A stretch of DNA of 63,960 nucleotides, filler included, from Octopus bimaculoides (GCF_001194135.2; 5 parts of 5 records of this genome joined end to end with filler, not necessarily neighbours in it), one strand, 5' to 3'. Counted from the whole stretch's first letter, positions 1 to 13,799 are shown. The notes: generated from the sequence alone by a model not told the origin. Program-made: numbers and translations.

Positions 1-98
1 TATATATGGGAGAATATACAAATAATAACAATAGACGAGGACAGGTGGTGTAAATAACAAAAGGATATATTAGTATGACGCTCGGGAATACGGAAAGT

Positions 99-133
99 CT
101 TTGACGTTTCGAGCTACGCTCTTCAACAGAAAG
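99..133 (-). ncRNA. Minimal type I hammerhead ribozyme-like motif (Penelope pLTR-type), core variant CUGUUGA, GUC site
   Basis: Reverse complement reads cuuu-CUGUUGA-a-gagc gua gcuc-GAA-ACGU-C-aaag: stem I cuuu/aaag, palindromic stem III ACGU. Confidence 0.65.
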
Positions 134-613
134 AATACGGAGACAAGGAGAAAAACACGGAGAAAAAAAATTGAATAGTGTTCAGTCAATGGTCAATCAT
201 AATAAAAAATATATATATATATATGTATGTATGTATATATACATGGGAGCATCCAGCTGTAGAATCATTGCCTGATCAGATTGGAGTCTCGCGCAGCCGC
301 TGGCTCTCCAGATCTTAGTCAAACCGTACAACCCATGCCAGCATGGAAAACGGATGTTAAACGATGATGATGACAGTGATACCTCACAGTACGAGTTTGA
401 TTCATTCCATGACTGAGCCCATTTTACGATTTACTTGTTTGACAAATCAATTTTCCTCACTGACATTAACTAAAATATAATTAATCCATTCCGGCCCCCA
501 AAAACCACTCAAAAATAATTTTTGATGGGTTTTAAAACAGAAAAGGTGCAGTTACAAAGAAAATAACAATTACAAAAAACATAATAAAATAGAATGCAAA
601 AAGAAACATGTAT

Positions 614-1035
614 AGGTGCAGGAGTGGCTTTGTGGTAAGTAGCTTGCTTACCAACCACATGGTTCCGGGTTCAGTCTCACAGTGTGGCACCTTGGGCAAG
701 TGTCTTCTACTATAGCCTCAGGGCAACCAAATCCTTGCGAGTGGATTTGGTAGACGGAAACTGAAAGAAGCCTGTCGTATATATGTATATATATATATAT
801 GTATATGTATATATGTATGTGTGTTTGTGTGTCTATGTTTTTCCCCCCAACATCACTTGAGAACTGATGCTGATGCGTTTACGTCCCCGTAACATAGCAA
901 TTTGGCAAAAGAGACCGATAGAATAAGTACTAGGCTTACAAAGAATAAGTCCTGGGGTTGATGTGTTCGACTAAAGGTGGTGCTACAGCATGGCCACAGT
1001 CAAATGACTGAAACAAGTAAAAGGGTAAAAGAGTA
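614..1035 (+). mobile_element. tRNA-head SINE family 1 with internal (TA/TG)n. Other copies: 1345-1742 +, 3556-3975 +, 7105-7480 -, 8335-8720 -, 27650-27860 +, 28590-29015 -, 31635-31990 -, 35405-35620 -, 46880-47130 -, 57447-57820 +
   Basis: Repeated gtggctgtgtggtaag...ggttccgggttcagtccc...ggcaagtgtcttctactatagcc...cagtcaaatgactgaaacaagtaaaaga consensus in many copies. Confidence 0.9.
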
Positions 1036-1744
1036 AACTGGTTTTTCATTAATTTAAAATACCTTAAAGATGGGACAATCTGTGTATGAGGAAGATGATG
1101 GAGAGGGGAGGAGGTGGATTACTGTTTAGAAGGAGAATCTCCTTCCATTAAAACTTCAAGAAGAACAATTTCTGACACCTTCTCTCTCATTTTGCTTGCA
1201 GGTTGTTTCATTGGAAAACATGTCAAGAGAAGTCTGCTTTTGCTTGACTTTCAAAATGTTTGGAAATTACACCAGAGTAGTTGCATGACCTGTGGTTACT
1301 TTTTCAAGATGATATTTTTTTACAGATTCAGAAACATAGAGCATAGGCGCAAGAGTGGCTGTCTGGTAAGAAGCTTGCTTCCCAACCACATGGTTCCAGG
1401 TTCAGTCACAGTGCATGGCACTTTGGGCAAGTGTCCTCTACTGTAGCCTCGGGCTGACCAAAGCCTTGTAAGCGGATTTTGAGGGACGGAAACTGAAAGA
1501 AGCCTGTTGTATGTGCGTGTGCATGTTTGTGTGTCTGTGTTTGTCCCCCTCGCCATTGCTTGACAATTGATGTTGGTGTGTTTACATCCCAGTAAACTAA
1601 CAATTAGGCAAAAGAGACTGATAGAATAAGTACTAGGCTTACAAAGACTAAGTCCTGGGGTTGATTTGTTTGACTAAAGGTGGTACTCCAGCATGGCCGT
1701 AGTCAAATGACTGAAACAAGTAAAAGAATAAAAGAATAAAAGAA

Positions 1745-3546
1745 TACTGTCACTTTACCAACGCTGTTTTTATGTCACTCGTAGAGATTGCCTTCTCCGC
1801 TACACCGTCCTCCTCCCGGGGAACCTATCTCTTCCACCACATCCTAATGCTGCTGCTCCTGAAGCTGCAGGCATTCATCTGTCATCAGCTCCCCTGAGTG
1901 TTCCTCGACAAGATCATTAATGTCCCCATCGTCAACCTCGAGGCCTATAGACTTGCCAAGAGGCACTATCTCCACGACTATAGGTGTCTTAGACTCAAAC
2001 CCCTTAAGGTCTCTTTCTGATATGCAGTCAGGTCACAGTTTCCACCATGCAGAATTCAGCATTCTCCTCGTTACACTCTGCCAGGCCATATTGATGATTT
2101 TCAAGCAGATAACATTATTGTAGTATTCCTTCCAAAACTCACGAAGGGTTAGATTTGTATTTTCAGTGACTTCAAAGCACTGATGAAACAGGTTATTTGA
2201 TGTACAATTTCTTAAAATTAGAAATCCCTTGTTGGTCTGTGAGCTGCAAGATAGGGGTGGTGTTGCATGAAAGGTACAGAACTTTTATGAATTTAAAATC
2301 ATCCAGGATATCATCTTCGAAGTTAGGAAGGTGAGCAGGAGCATTGTCGAGGATGACGAGGGCCTTGAGAGGAAGATCATTCTCCAGATGGTACTTTTTC
2401 ACTGCTGGTCCAAAGACAAAGTTGACCCATTCAGTGAAGAATTGCTTGGTGACCCAGGCTTTAATGTTTTCCCTCCACATGACCTGTAGCTTCTCCTTCA
2501 GGATTTTGTGTGACTTGGACGTTCGTGGGTTTTTGGAATGATAGACAAGAAGCAGCTTAATCTTCAAGTCTCCACTTGCATTGGCACAAAGGGCGACAGT
2601 TAGCCTTTCATAGGCTTGTGGCTTGGCATTTTCTTCTCCTTTGCAGTTATGTAGGTTCTTCGGGGCATTTTTTTTCCCCAAAAAAGGTCAGTTTCTTCAC
2701 AGTTGAATATGTGTTGTGTGATGAACCCCTCAGCTGTGATGAACTGACAGAATTCACACAGAAAATTTTCAGCTGCCTTCGTGTCAAAACTCCCTGCTTC
2801 TCTATTCCTGACAACACAATGAACACCAGTCCTCTTGAAATTATCAGACCAGCCACGACTGGCCTTAAATGTGTCTGCTGATGTTCCAGAGTTCTGCTTC
2901 AGGAGATCCCCATACAGTTCTTGTGCTTTCTTGCAAATGATGGTCTCTGTAATCGTATCCCCTGTGAGTTGCTTCTTGTCAATCCACAGAAGAAGCAATT
3001 TTTCCATCTCCTTGTCGACAGATATGTGTTGCTTAGAGAGCCTTTGCAGTTGTAATGACCTTGGTCTCGTCCTTTGTCTTCAAGATGGTGCAGATTGTTG
3101 ACATGTTTTGGTTGTATTGATGTGCTATGTCCGCTACATGCATTTCTCTCTCATGGTTATCAATGATTTCCTTCTTCAATTCTATCGTAATCAGCTTTTT
3201 CTTCTTCTCAGCATTGTCCTTTGCACTAACCTTCTTAGGGCCCATGGCTTACACAACTAATTATTATACAATAACAGCAAAAAACACACAAAACTAAAAA
3301 AAACAAACACTGGAAAAAGCACAATGGGGATGCTGCCACAATGAGATAAACATGTGAACCAAGCAAGCAGGGGCTGCACTTATTGGGAGAGCATGTGTGA
3401 GCTCAGCACTGACTAGCGGTCACTTGTATGAAACTTGCTCATACTAAGGATTTCCACTTCTACTTCAGGACAAAAATTCGCACAAGCCTCAGCTCATATA
3501 GCAAATTATTCGTACAATAGTGCACTCGTACTGCGAGGTTCTACTG
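1745..3546 (-). mobile_element. Tigger/pogo (CENP-B-like) DNA transposon, frameshifted and truncated
   Basis: ORFs 3033-3245 (HTH_psq-like), 2600-3007 (FKASRGW CENP-B HTH) and 2193-2681 (DDE_1: RLTVALCANASGD, LVILDNAPAH); TIR-like cgaggttctactg followed by TA at about 3534-3548. Confidence 0.92.
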
Positions 3547-5618
3547 TATATATATATAGGCACAGGTGTGGCTGTGGGGCTAAGAAGTAAGTTAGCTTCC
3601 CAACTACATGGTTCCAGATTCAGTCCCACTGTGTGGCACTTTGAACAAGTGTCTTCTTCTATATCCTTGGGTCAACCAAAGCCTTGCAAGTGGACTTGGT
3701 AGATGGAAACTGAAAGAAGCCTGTTGTATATATATTGTGTCTGTTTGTTTGTCCCCACCACTACTTGACAACCAATATTGGTGTATTTATGTTCCCATAA
3801 CTTAGTGGTTTGGCAAAAGAGACCAATAGAATAAGTACCAGGCTTTGAAAATTTTTTGAAAATAAATAAATAAATAAATGAATAAATAAAATAAGTACTG
3901 AGGTTGATTCATCTAACTAAAAACTCTTCAAGGCGATGCTCCAGCATGGCCACATTTTAATGACTGAAACAAGTAAAAGAAATAAAAGAAGGAAAAGATA
4001 AAAGATAAAAAGATAGTGAGAGATGAGATGATATATATATATTACATAAACGATGAGATACTTTAGTGAAAGATGAGATACTGCACGTATTAGTTAGACT
4101 AGCAAAAAAAGAAAGAAAGAAGAAAGTATCACAAGGCAGTGTTTCTACTTGGAAATGTAATAAATATAGAAAAAGAAACAGGATAGTAGACATAAAAAAA
4201 AACATAGATAAATAAACACAAAATAGATAGCTATACTTGACTTTCTAAGTTGATAGGTTTGATATATTATTACCAATATTATCCAGAGGATTATGCAGGA
4301 AGGTTATTTGAGAATGACCAAAAAAATAAATAGATAAATAAATAAGTAAAAGTTTTTAAAAGTTTGTTGTTGTTGTTGATTAGCATCATTGTTGTGGTTT
4401 ACTGAAGTGTATTGACGGTGGGTAAATAATTTCAAATCTGTTCATCAAAAAAAAAAAAAAGATTGAAGTTTTCTTTTTTTTGTATTTTGTATATCTTTTA
4501 TCTTTTATTTGTTTCATTCATTTAAGACTGGTTCTTCTTTTTTTCGATCTCTTTTGCTGAACTGTTAAACAAACCAATACCGGTTATCAGGTGATAGGTG
4601 GAGAGGACAAACACAAACACGAAAATGAACACACACACACCATTACCATTATCATCATCCTCATCATTACCATCAACCCTTAGCATCTGTTTTCCATGTT
4701 GGCATGGGTTGAATGAATTTGACAGAAGCTGGTGAGCCAGAAAACTGTAGTTCTGTGATTTCAAAGACATGGGGAAGAACAAAAGCCCTTTACTTGATTG
4801 AAAAACAGGTCAGGGTTAGTAATAGGAAGGGCATCTGGTTGTAAAATAATGCTTCAATGATAAGTATTTGTCTCACCTTATTAGAGGAAGAAAGCTACCT
4901 TCAAACAACAGTCGTTTTAGCACAAGACATACATTCATTGCAACCTCTGCAGCACCAATAGATGCTTCCATCAACAGTGTATATCTTCATCTTCTGTTTT
5001 TGCAACAAATCTTCTTAGGTAGTATTTCCTTCTCTTGGAAATACCATCAAAGGTAACACATTTATCAAGAGCTTCTTTTACTCCAATATTACTACATTAC
5101 AAACAAGCATTTTCATGAAACCATCTTGTACCATGTTGGGTGCCATGAAGATCTTAACACAATGGAAAAAACCCCCAAAAAAACTATGGTCATGTAACAA
5201 GTTTCAGTGGTCTTGCAAGAAACCATTCCACAAGGAACTGCGAGGAAAGAAAGAAGGAGAAATGGACAGAATAAAAGATAAATGGATCAAGAAATGGACA
5301 TTAGCGGATATGAGCTGTGGCACACAACTGTGACAGACGAGGGACCAAGACACGCATAAAAATGGTTCACGTTCATATCTTTACATATACCTGAACTGTT
5401 CACACAAATATCTTTTACCCATCACATTTGGATAAAAATACTCCAAGTGCTGAACAGTCATCGAAAGTGCTAATGAAAACCATCATATTGGATGTAAAAT
5501 TGCCTATGAGTCGTTAAACCTGACAACATCTGGGAAAAATGCAATATGGGTGAACAAAACAGGCCAGTACACCAACTTATAAAGGAAAACATGAAAAGCA
5601 ATTTCAGCCACCTTACAT

Positions 5619-6444
5619 CAGTGGTTCCCAACAGAGGTCCACGTGATCCTGGGGTAGGGTCTATATAAAATTTTGTTGTTAGAAATTACATACAATAAAT
5701 CAGTTATACTTCAACAATGCACAAAATATTTTAACTACTTTTATATACAATTTCTAATAATATTGAATAATAAAAATATAACAGGATTTTTAAAACATCA
5801 AATGACTATGGTGGTCTTGTAGAGTGTAGTGAGACCAATTTCTATTGCAGCATATTGAATATAATCAGCCTTTTATAGGCTCAGCACATTAATCTGTAAT
5901 GATTGGTCGTTTTACCTATCATGTGAGCTTTGAACATTGGTTGAGACCTGTATTGCGATTGGTTGACTATTGCGCGGGATTTGGATCGAAGATCCAATCG
6001 TGTTTCACCTAATACATTCTCAAACAATTAATCAGTATGTACTCTGGAGCCTACCTTTTTCCATAAATTTGTGTAACAAATTATTGAGAGCAGATGAATG
6101 AGTGATTTTCATGGAGGCAAATTATGTTGATTTCCTGCCATTTTTCACCAGAGTAAAATTAATATAATGGAGCACATGTAACCAATGATGACCCTAGCTG
6201 AATTATCAAAATGATGGATGAATTACAACCACCAGAATTCGTAATATTTCTGTCTTAACCCACAGAACCACTTTGCAAAGGAATAAAGGCTCATTGTCCT
6301 TTTATTATTTCCACGAGTGAACAGGCAAAATTACATTATACAATATTATACGTGGTTCAGTAGTAAAACCAAGAGAGACTTTAGACTCATCGTAAAAAGA
6401 GTAATAGGAATCAAAGAGGAATCAAAGAGTTGAGAACCACTGAT
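5619..6444. mobile_element. hAT-like MITE/composite
   Basis: Termini cagtggttcccaac and gttgagaaccactg. Confidence 0.55.
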
Positions 6445-9400
6445 TTATTTGAACGAGGTTTATTCAGACACATTCAAAGCAAGCAGAGGCTAGTCTGATA
6501 GATTCAAATGATGGCATACTCAACTCAAGCATTTGTATGCCTGGTGAAGTTGTACTTGCTAACATTTGTCATCAGAAATATTTTTTGCCTATACGTGATC
6601 GAGGCCAGGGCCGCCTGACTGGCTCCCATGCTAGTGGCATGTAAAAGGGACCCACTACACTCTTGGAGTGTTTGGCGTTAGGAAGGGCATCCAGCTGTAG
6701 AAACTCTGCCAAATCAGATTGGAGCCTGGTGCAGCCACTGACTTTCCAAACCTCAGTCAAACCGTCCAACCCATACCAGCATGGAAGACAGACGTTAAAT
6801 GATGATGATGATGATGATGATGATGATAATGACAGAGGTATTAAGTCATTGCTCAGTCCACTTTACCACTGTCTTTATCAACGATTGGTCTTTACATGCT
6901 TTAGTATGTTCTTACCTCTTTAATTAACAACTCAATGTCTATGAGAATCACTGCTATGTTCCATGTATTTCTTGCTATTGCCAGAACTCTTTTAAGAAAT
7001 TTAGTCTTTTGTTCACTGCTGTTGAAATAATGAATTACTTGTTCTCTTCTCAGCCATCACAGGGTAAGGTAAAGTTTTAAATTTTCCTTGCTGCTGCTCA
7101 TCTTTTATATTCTTTTACTTGTTTCAGTCATTGAATGTGGCCATGCTGGGGCACTATATTGAAGAATTTTAGACAAACGAATTGACCCCAGTACTTGATT
7201 TTATTTTAAGCCTGGTACTTATTCTATCAGTCTGTTTTGCCAAACCACTAAGTTAGGGAGACATAAACACACCAACACCAGTTGTCAAGCAGTAGTGGAG
7301 GTCAAAAAGACACAAACACACACATGATGGGCTTCTTTCAGTTTCCATCTATGAAATCCACTCACAAGGTTTGGTCAGCCTGAGACTATAGCAGAAGACT
7401 CATGCCCGAGGTGCCATGCAGTGGGACTGAACCTGGAACCATGTGGTTGGGAAGCAAACTTCTTACCACACAGACACACCTATAAATCTGTTTTCTTCTA
7501 TTCCCTTCTACTATCAATCTTTTATGAATTATTTCTATTCAAGATGTTGTTGTTTTTATTATCATTCCAGCTGTGGCCCTTCTATCTTTTTACATAATTA
7601 TGACCACATTCTGTAATGCATCCTTCCTTTGTTTAAATAAGAAGGAATTTAGTTGCTATTTCTAGTAAGTCAGTGATCACATAGAGGTTCCTTCATTGAC
7701 TCGTGAGTTTGCTGACTAGATTGGTGTCGTTGTTTTTTGAGTCCCAGATCAACACTGACAGAGTGACCTATTGTCAAAGTCATTCTCAAAGTGCCAATTC
7801 AGTGTTTAATCCCTTAGCATTTAAGCCAGCCCTATCTGGCCCAAATATTCTACCCTGTCACATGATCAAACCGGTCAGATATGAACTTTCGCTCCTGCCC
7901 TGTTCTGTCATTCTAAACTCAAGCAACCACATCACTGAAATTTTGTATCTACATGATGGTACTTAATTAATTCAAAACAATTTTAAATAAAAATGCATTA
8001 GATTTGACAGAGTAATAGGGTTAAGACTACATGAAGACTACATTATGTAACATGACATCTTTACAAAGATAATGGGATGTATTATATTTTATTTTTCCCT
8101 AGAACAAGTCCTGAAAATTTACCATCTATCCTAAAGGACAAAGGTTATATTTTCATTAATCCAAGAGAAGGTTTATTGTAAACTTACTGCGTCTCCATTC
8201 TGTAAAGCAAAAGAAAAAGACAAAAAATGCTGTCTGTAAATTAGCAATGGCATTTTTGCGTTGCTAAGTTATTATCAAAACCTTTTGCTAAAGTATTTGA
8301 AAGTTCTGAGACTTTGCTCTTGTTAATCTTTTTATCTTTTATTCTTTCTTTTTTGTTTCAGTCATTTGATTGTAGCCATGCTGGGGCATCGCCACAAAGA
8401 ACTTTAGTCGAACAAATCAACCCCAGTACTTATTTTTTGCTTTTAAGCCGCATACTTAATATATCAGTGTCATTTGCTGAACTGCTAAGTTACAGGGATG
8501 TAAACACACCAGCACTGATTGTCAAGTGACAGGATGAGGACAAACACAGTCACAAAGACACATTCACACAGATACATACATACGATAGGCTTCTTTCAGT
8601 TTCTGTCTACCAGATCCACTCACAAGGCTTTGGTCGACCCAAGGTTATAGAAGAAAACACTTGTCCAAGGCGTCATACAGTGGAACTAAACCCTGAACCA
8701 AGTGGTTGGGAAGCCACTCCTGTACCTAATTTTGTCTAAAAATTTCTAGTATAAGTGAGGGTGCAACTTTTAACTGGAGCATCCCCAATGCCAGAAAATG
8801 GCAATTTTACTGAGATTCAGCTACTATTTCTAGTCAGTTGAGTGACCATTTAGAGGCTGTTTAACTCTGTGTTGCACCAAAACTTACAGTAAACTAAATA
8901 AACTTATTCTTCTCTTAAAAGGATAATTGCACTTTTTTACAATGGTTTCAAATTTTGATACAAAGCCAGCAATTCTAAGGGATGAAGTAAGTCAATTAGA
9001 TTGACCCCAGTTCTTGATTGCTATTTATTTTATCAATTCTGGGAGGATGAAAGGCAAAGTCAACCTTGGTACCATTTGAACTCAGAACATAAAAAGACAG
9101 AAGAAATGCTGCTAAGCATTTTGTCTGATGCACCAAGGACTATGCCAACCCATTTAATACTACCTGGCCCCATGCCATCAAAAATGATGGCTAATTGTAA
9201 TATTTTATATATATTACAATTGAAAGAATGCTGGCTCACACATACATTCAGACACTTCCCTTGTATACACACATACAAACATATACTCACACAGAGTTGA
9301 AACACCGTTTGATTTTTCAGTGTTGAATGTTCACCATCCCACTTCCATTGCACAAACGCACACATGCGCACACACACACATTCACATGCTTCCCTTTTAT

Positions 9401-10233
9401 ATACACATGCATATACTCACACAGAATTGAAATGTTGTTTGAATTTTTTTTACCGTAGAATTTCCATCACCCCACTACCAAGTTTACCATCACCCCTTCC
9501 TTTCTCATTCATATGTTGTGGCTCAGAAAAACACAAGTGTATTATTAAAGTAGATATTAGCAATGAAATACAATCTAAGTTAGAAAAAGCACATAAAGAA
9601 AGAAATTCAACCAAAGTAACTTTAAAACATGTCCCAACATGAATAACATTGAATAATAATAGAGTGCTTTTTGATATAAGCACCACAAGGTTGTAATATT
9701 TGGGGCAGCTGGCAGAGTTGTTAGCATTCCAGGCAAAATGCTTAGCAGTATTTTGTGCATCTTTATGCTCTGAGTTCAAATCCTGCCAAGGTCGGCTTTG
9801 CTTTTCATCCTTTCAAGTACCAATTCAAAACTGGGGTTGATGTAATCTACTTACCCACTCCGCCGAAATTGCTGGCCTTGTGCCAAAATTTGAAACCAAT
9901 ATTTGGGGAAGAAATTAAGTTTATTAAATTGTTCCCAATATTTGATCAACAATAATGATGTTTGTTGGTGGCGGGGGGGGGGGGTTCTATTGAAAGAATT
10001 TCTTATGAGGTGAGGTTGTCATTGAATTTCAGAAGTAGTTTATTAATAGGAGAGAGGCTAAGTTTAATGGGATTGGTAAAATATTATCATCATCATCATC
10101 ATCATTTGATGGGTTGGATGTTTTGACAGGAGGTGGAAAGGCCAGGAGCTGAATGAGTTCCATTGTCTGTTTTAGCATGGTTTCTATGACTGGATGCCAT
10201 TCCTAATGCCAAGCACTTTACAGAGTGTATTGC

Positions 10234-10470
10234 GTGCTTTTTACGTGTCACCATCACCAGTGCTTTTTATATAACACTACCATCAGTGGTTTTTATATGG
10301 CACTACCGCCAGTGCTTGTTATGTGGCACCATCACCTGTGCTCTTCATGTGACACCATCACCTGTGCTTTTTATGTGACACCATTACCAATGCTTTTTAT
10401 CTGGCACCATCACCAATGCTCTTTATGTGACACCATCACCAGTGCTTTTTATGGGGCACCATCACTAGTG
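10234..10470. repeat. ~27-bp minisatellite (gcttttatgtgacaccatcaccagt-like)
   Basis: About 8 visible tandem units. Confidence 0.85.
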
Positions 10471-10519
10471 GGGTCACGAAGTACCTTGCAAGACAAAAAT
10501 CCCTCATTTGTTGAACTTT

Positions 10520-10630
10520 TGCTATTCATTTTTTTAATATTTATGATATGGATTGTTTCTAGTATTGTGGAGACTCCTGAGACTCCTTTTGATTTTACTG
10601 AGGGAGAATCAGAGTTTGTGTCTGGGTTTG
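10520..10630 (+). pseudogene. nad1: NUMT fragment of mitochondrial nad1
   Basis: Translates as IFMIWIVSSIVET..TPFDFTEGESEFVSGF, matching the conserved ND1 motif ETNRAPFDxxEGESELVSGF. Confidence 0.8.
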
Positions 10631-11779
10631 GCACAATGTTACATATTATAAGGCAGAGTCACCTTTTAACTAAATAGTCAAACTATATTACTCTTGTTTA
10701 TTTTATCAACCTCCAAAGGAATGAAAGGCAAAATTGATCTCAACAAGTTTGGAACTCAGTTTGTAATTCAGGGCATGCAACTAAATACCAAAGGCCGTTT
10801 TGATCCCATAATCCAAATATTATAAAAATGCTGCCACCATCAGTTGGTTTATATGATTCAGACATGAGAAGGTATTTGTCCTGTTGTTCTATTCCGCAGC
10901 TATCACCAGATGATGACCTAAGTTAGTATATTACAGTAAGAAAATATTGGTTTCAAGTTTTGTTGCAAGGCCAGCAATTTTGGGCAAGTGGGGGGTAGTT
11001 GATTACATTGACATCAGTGCTTGACTGGTACTTATTTTATTGAACCCAAAAAGGATGAAAAGCAAAGTTGACCTCAGCAGATTTTGAACTCAGAATACCA
11101 CTAAGCATTTTGCCCAGCATGCTAATGATTCGGCCAGCTTGCCACCTAAATTATAACAAAATATTGTTTGAAGATTTGCTTTCCTAGAGTGCCCTGACTC
11201 TTAAAAACTCAAGATTCAAATATTTCTAATCACTGTACTTAATCTAATTCTAATAATTTAAATTACAGGTACGACTCACTTTTGCCAGTTGGTTTCAAAT
11301 TTTGGCCCAATACCAGCAATTTTGGGAGATAGGGAGCCATTTAGTTGTTTGCAAATTTATTTTAAAATATTTCTTTCAACATTTTTACCTGCAGATAAGT
11401 CAACATATTCATCAAGGTATGTGAAATATGAAAAATAGTCAGTAAACATATACAAGTGTTCCCCCACTCCCTTCCATTCAAAATTTCAAGTTTTATTTTG
11501 TAAGATAAATATGTGATATATGTCAATATGTACGTTGTATGTCCACCAATTTTGTTTTTGTTCCCCTCATATTAAATTTCTATGTAATCCTAATCTAAAC
11601 AATCTGAAAAGTATTCATAGGAATTTTCATTAAAATATTGCAATATTTATGAAAGTTTTGAGAAAACAAAATTGGAATTTTATGAAACTCTTCTCCTCCC
11701 ACTTACAAAAAAACATTTTTCACAACAAATTCTAATATACATTTCAAACCTAGGTTCTCATTCCTAAAATATTTTTCAA

Positions 11780-11813
<34 letters not shown>

Positions 11814-11874
11814 CAGGTCACTGCTTGGAATTGAACTCAAAATCTTAGGGTTAGTAGCCTATGCTTTTAACCAC

Positions 11875-12999
11875 TGCAGAGAGGAAGCTGTCACAGATCT
11901 TGATCAATAACAAGGATCACTTTACACCAATGAAGTACAGACAACTGACTCAACACCACAGTAAACTACCACAAATATACAGTCTCCCTAAAATTTACAA
12001 GGATGGTATTCCATTAAGACCTATAGTGAGCTGTAGAGGTTCAGCATGTCATCCACTGAGCCGCTTCCTTGTGGATATAATCAGTCCATTAGCAGGAAAC
12101 TCAACATCGTACGTGAAGAATTCCAGCCACTTCACAGAATTGATCAAGGACACCCCCATTGAATCCAGCCAGATGGTGAGTCTAGATGTGATAAGTCTGT
12201 TCACCAAAGTCCCAACCGGTGATGCACTATCGGTGATACAAGAAAAACTAGTGTCAGACACCCATCTAAAAGAATGCACTAGTATAGCAATAAGAAACTT
12301 GATGGAATATTTTGACCTTCTGTGTAGAAACTACCTATTTCAGTTTGGACACTGATATATATCAACTAGAAGAGGGTTTAGCTATGGGTTTGCCATTATC
12401 ACTGGTAATAGCCAATATATACATGGAATACTTTGAGAACTTGGCTTTAGGATCAATACTACTAAAACCAACACTATGGCTATGATATGTTGATGACACC
12501 TTTATACTCTGGCCGCACCAGGAAGATGTCCAAGTGCTGTTAGATCATGTGAACTCAATAAAGCCATCCATACAGTTCACAATGGAAAAGGAAAAGGACA
12601 ATCAGCTAGCATTCTCAGACGTTTTAATAACATGCGCGCCAAGTATGGATTCAGGACATCCGTATACCGCAAGCCAACCTTCACTGGACGATACCTTAAC
12701 TTCAGTTCCCACCATCCATACAGTGTAAAGAGAGGAATTGCTTAGTACCTAAAACATTGAGCAAAGAATATAAGTAGCGATTGTGATACCCACCATGAAG
12801 AAATGATCAAGCTCAATAACGATCTGTTAAGCAACAACTACCCCAAAAGTATTCTATCCACTCCAAATATGAACAAAAGAGAAGATGAAACCCATAAACT
12901 GACCACAGTCTGTCTACCCTATGTGAAAGGCCTCTCTGGAAAGATACAAAAGATATGTGGCCCATTTGACATCAGGACAGTGTTCAAGAGTAATACAAC
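11875..12999 (+). mobile_element. Penelope-like retroelement reverse transcriptase fragment (degenerate)
   Basis: LPKIYKDGIPLRPIVS, MVSLDVISLFTKVP, GLAMGLPLS..IANIYME, YVDDT-like and IQFTMEKE motifs; stops and frameshifts; ends at a scaffold gap. Confidence 0.9.
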
Positions 13000-13099
13000 N
13001 NNNNNNNNNNNNNNNNNNNNNNNNNNNNNNNNNNNNNNNNNNNTTAATTAATTAANNNNNNNNNNNNNNNNNNNNNNNNNNNNNNNNNNNNNNNNNNNN
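13000..13099. other. Artificial 100-bp scaffold join with TTAATTAATTAA linker (also 43304-43403, 57287-57386, 61801-61900)
   Basis: Identical layout each time: 44 N + TTAATTAATTAA + 44 N. Confidence 0.95.
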
Positions 13100-13799
13100 C
13101 TGAATTTGATGAACAAAACAGGCGATTGTATAGGCCGTCCTTTACTTAGCTTAAAATTAGCTTTAGATCCTTCTGCGCTGATCAGCGCATCGGGCCGCAA
13201 ATTTCCTTCACCGCGTTCCGTCGGCAGTTACTCTTGGACATCCATTCCACTTCAGATCATCTTGAAATGTCTGCCACCAAGTGATTGTCAGCCTTCTCTC
13301 TTTACCTTTTGCCAACAGCTGGTATTTATTTTAACAATCATGGTAAAACATCAGAAAGAATTAACAAAAAAAAAAAAAAGAAAATCGAAAGTCTCCTACC
13401 CTGACAGCAATTCGAACTCTGATTGTAAAGGGAAGTAAGTAACTCTTACAACACATTTAGACATACACATTACCGTTTCTGCCAATTATACGCTGCTCAT
13501 TAGCCCAGATAACATCAACACAATCAGAAAGCCATCCCACGCCCGTACGCATGTTCTTACGTTTGAAATTTTTTGCCAGATTACTCATAACATAACAAAG
13601 TGTCATATTTTCATGCGACTAAGTAGCAATATTAAGTTACATGACAATATTAAATAGAATAATATAATATAATAAATATGAACATAAGGCAGGATTATGC
13701 TAACATAGAGCAGCTTAGCTTGGGTCTGTAGACGAGTGAAGTATCGTTCGTTCGGCGCATCTGCTAATGGATTTTGGTTTAGTTATTTGTCTGAGAGGG

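Noticed and set aside
614-700. tRNA-like heads of SINEs
   Set aside because: No complete cloverleaf; they continue into SINE bodies, so they are not tRNA genes.
10225-10677. 150-aa ORF
   Set aside because: Chimera of minisatellite translation and NUMT fragment; not a gene.
13044-13055. Recurrent palindrome TTAATTAATTAA
   Set aside because: Synthetic six-frame stop linker centred in fixed 100-bp gaps; not biological.
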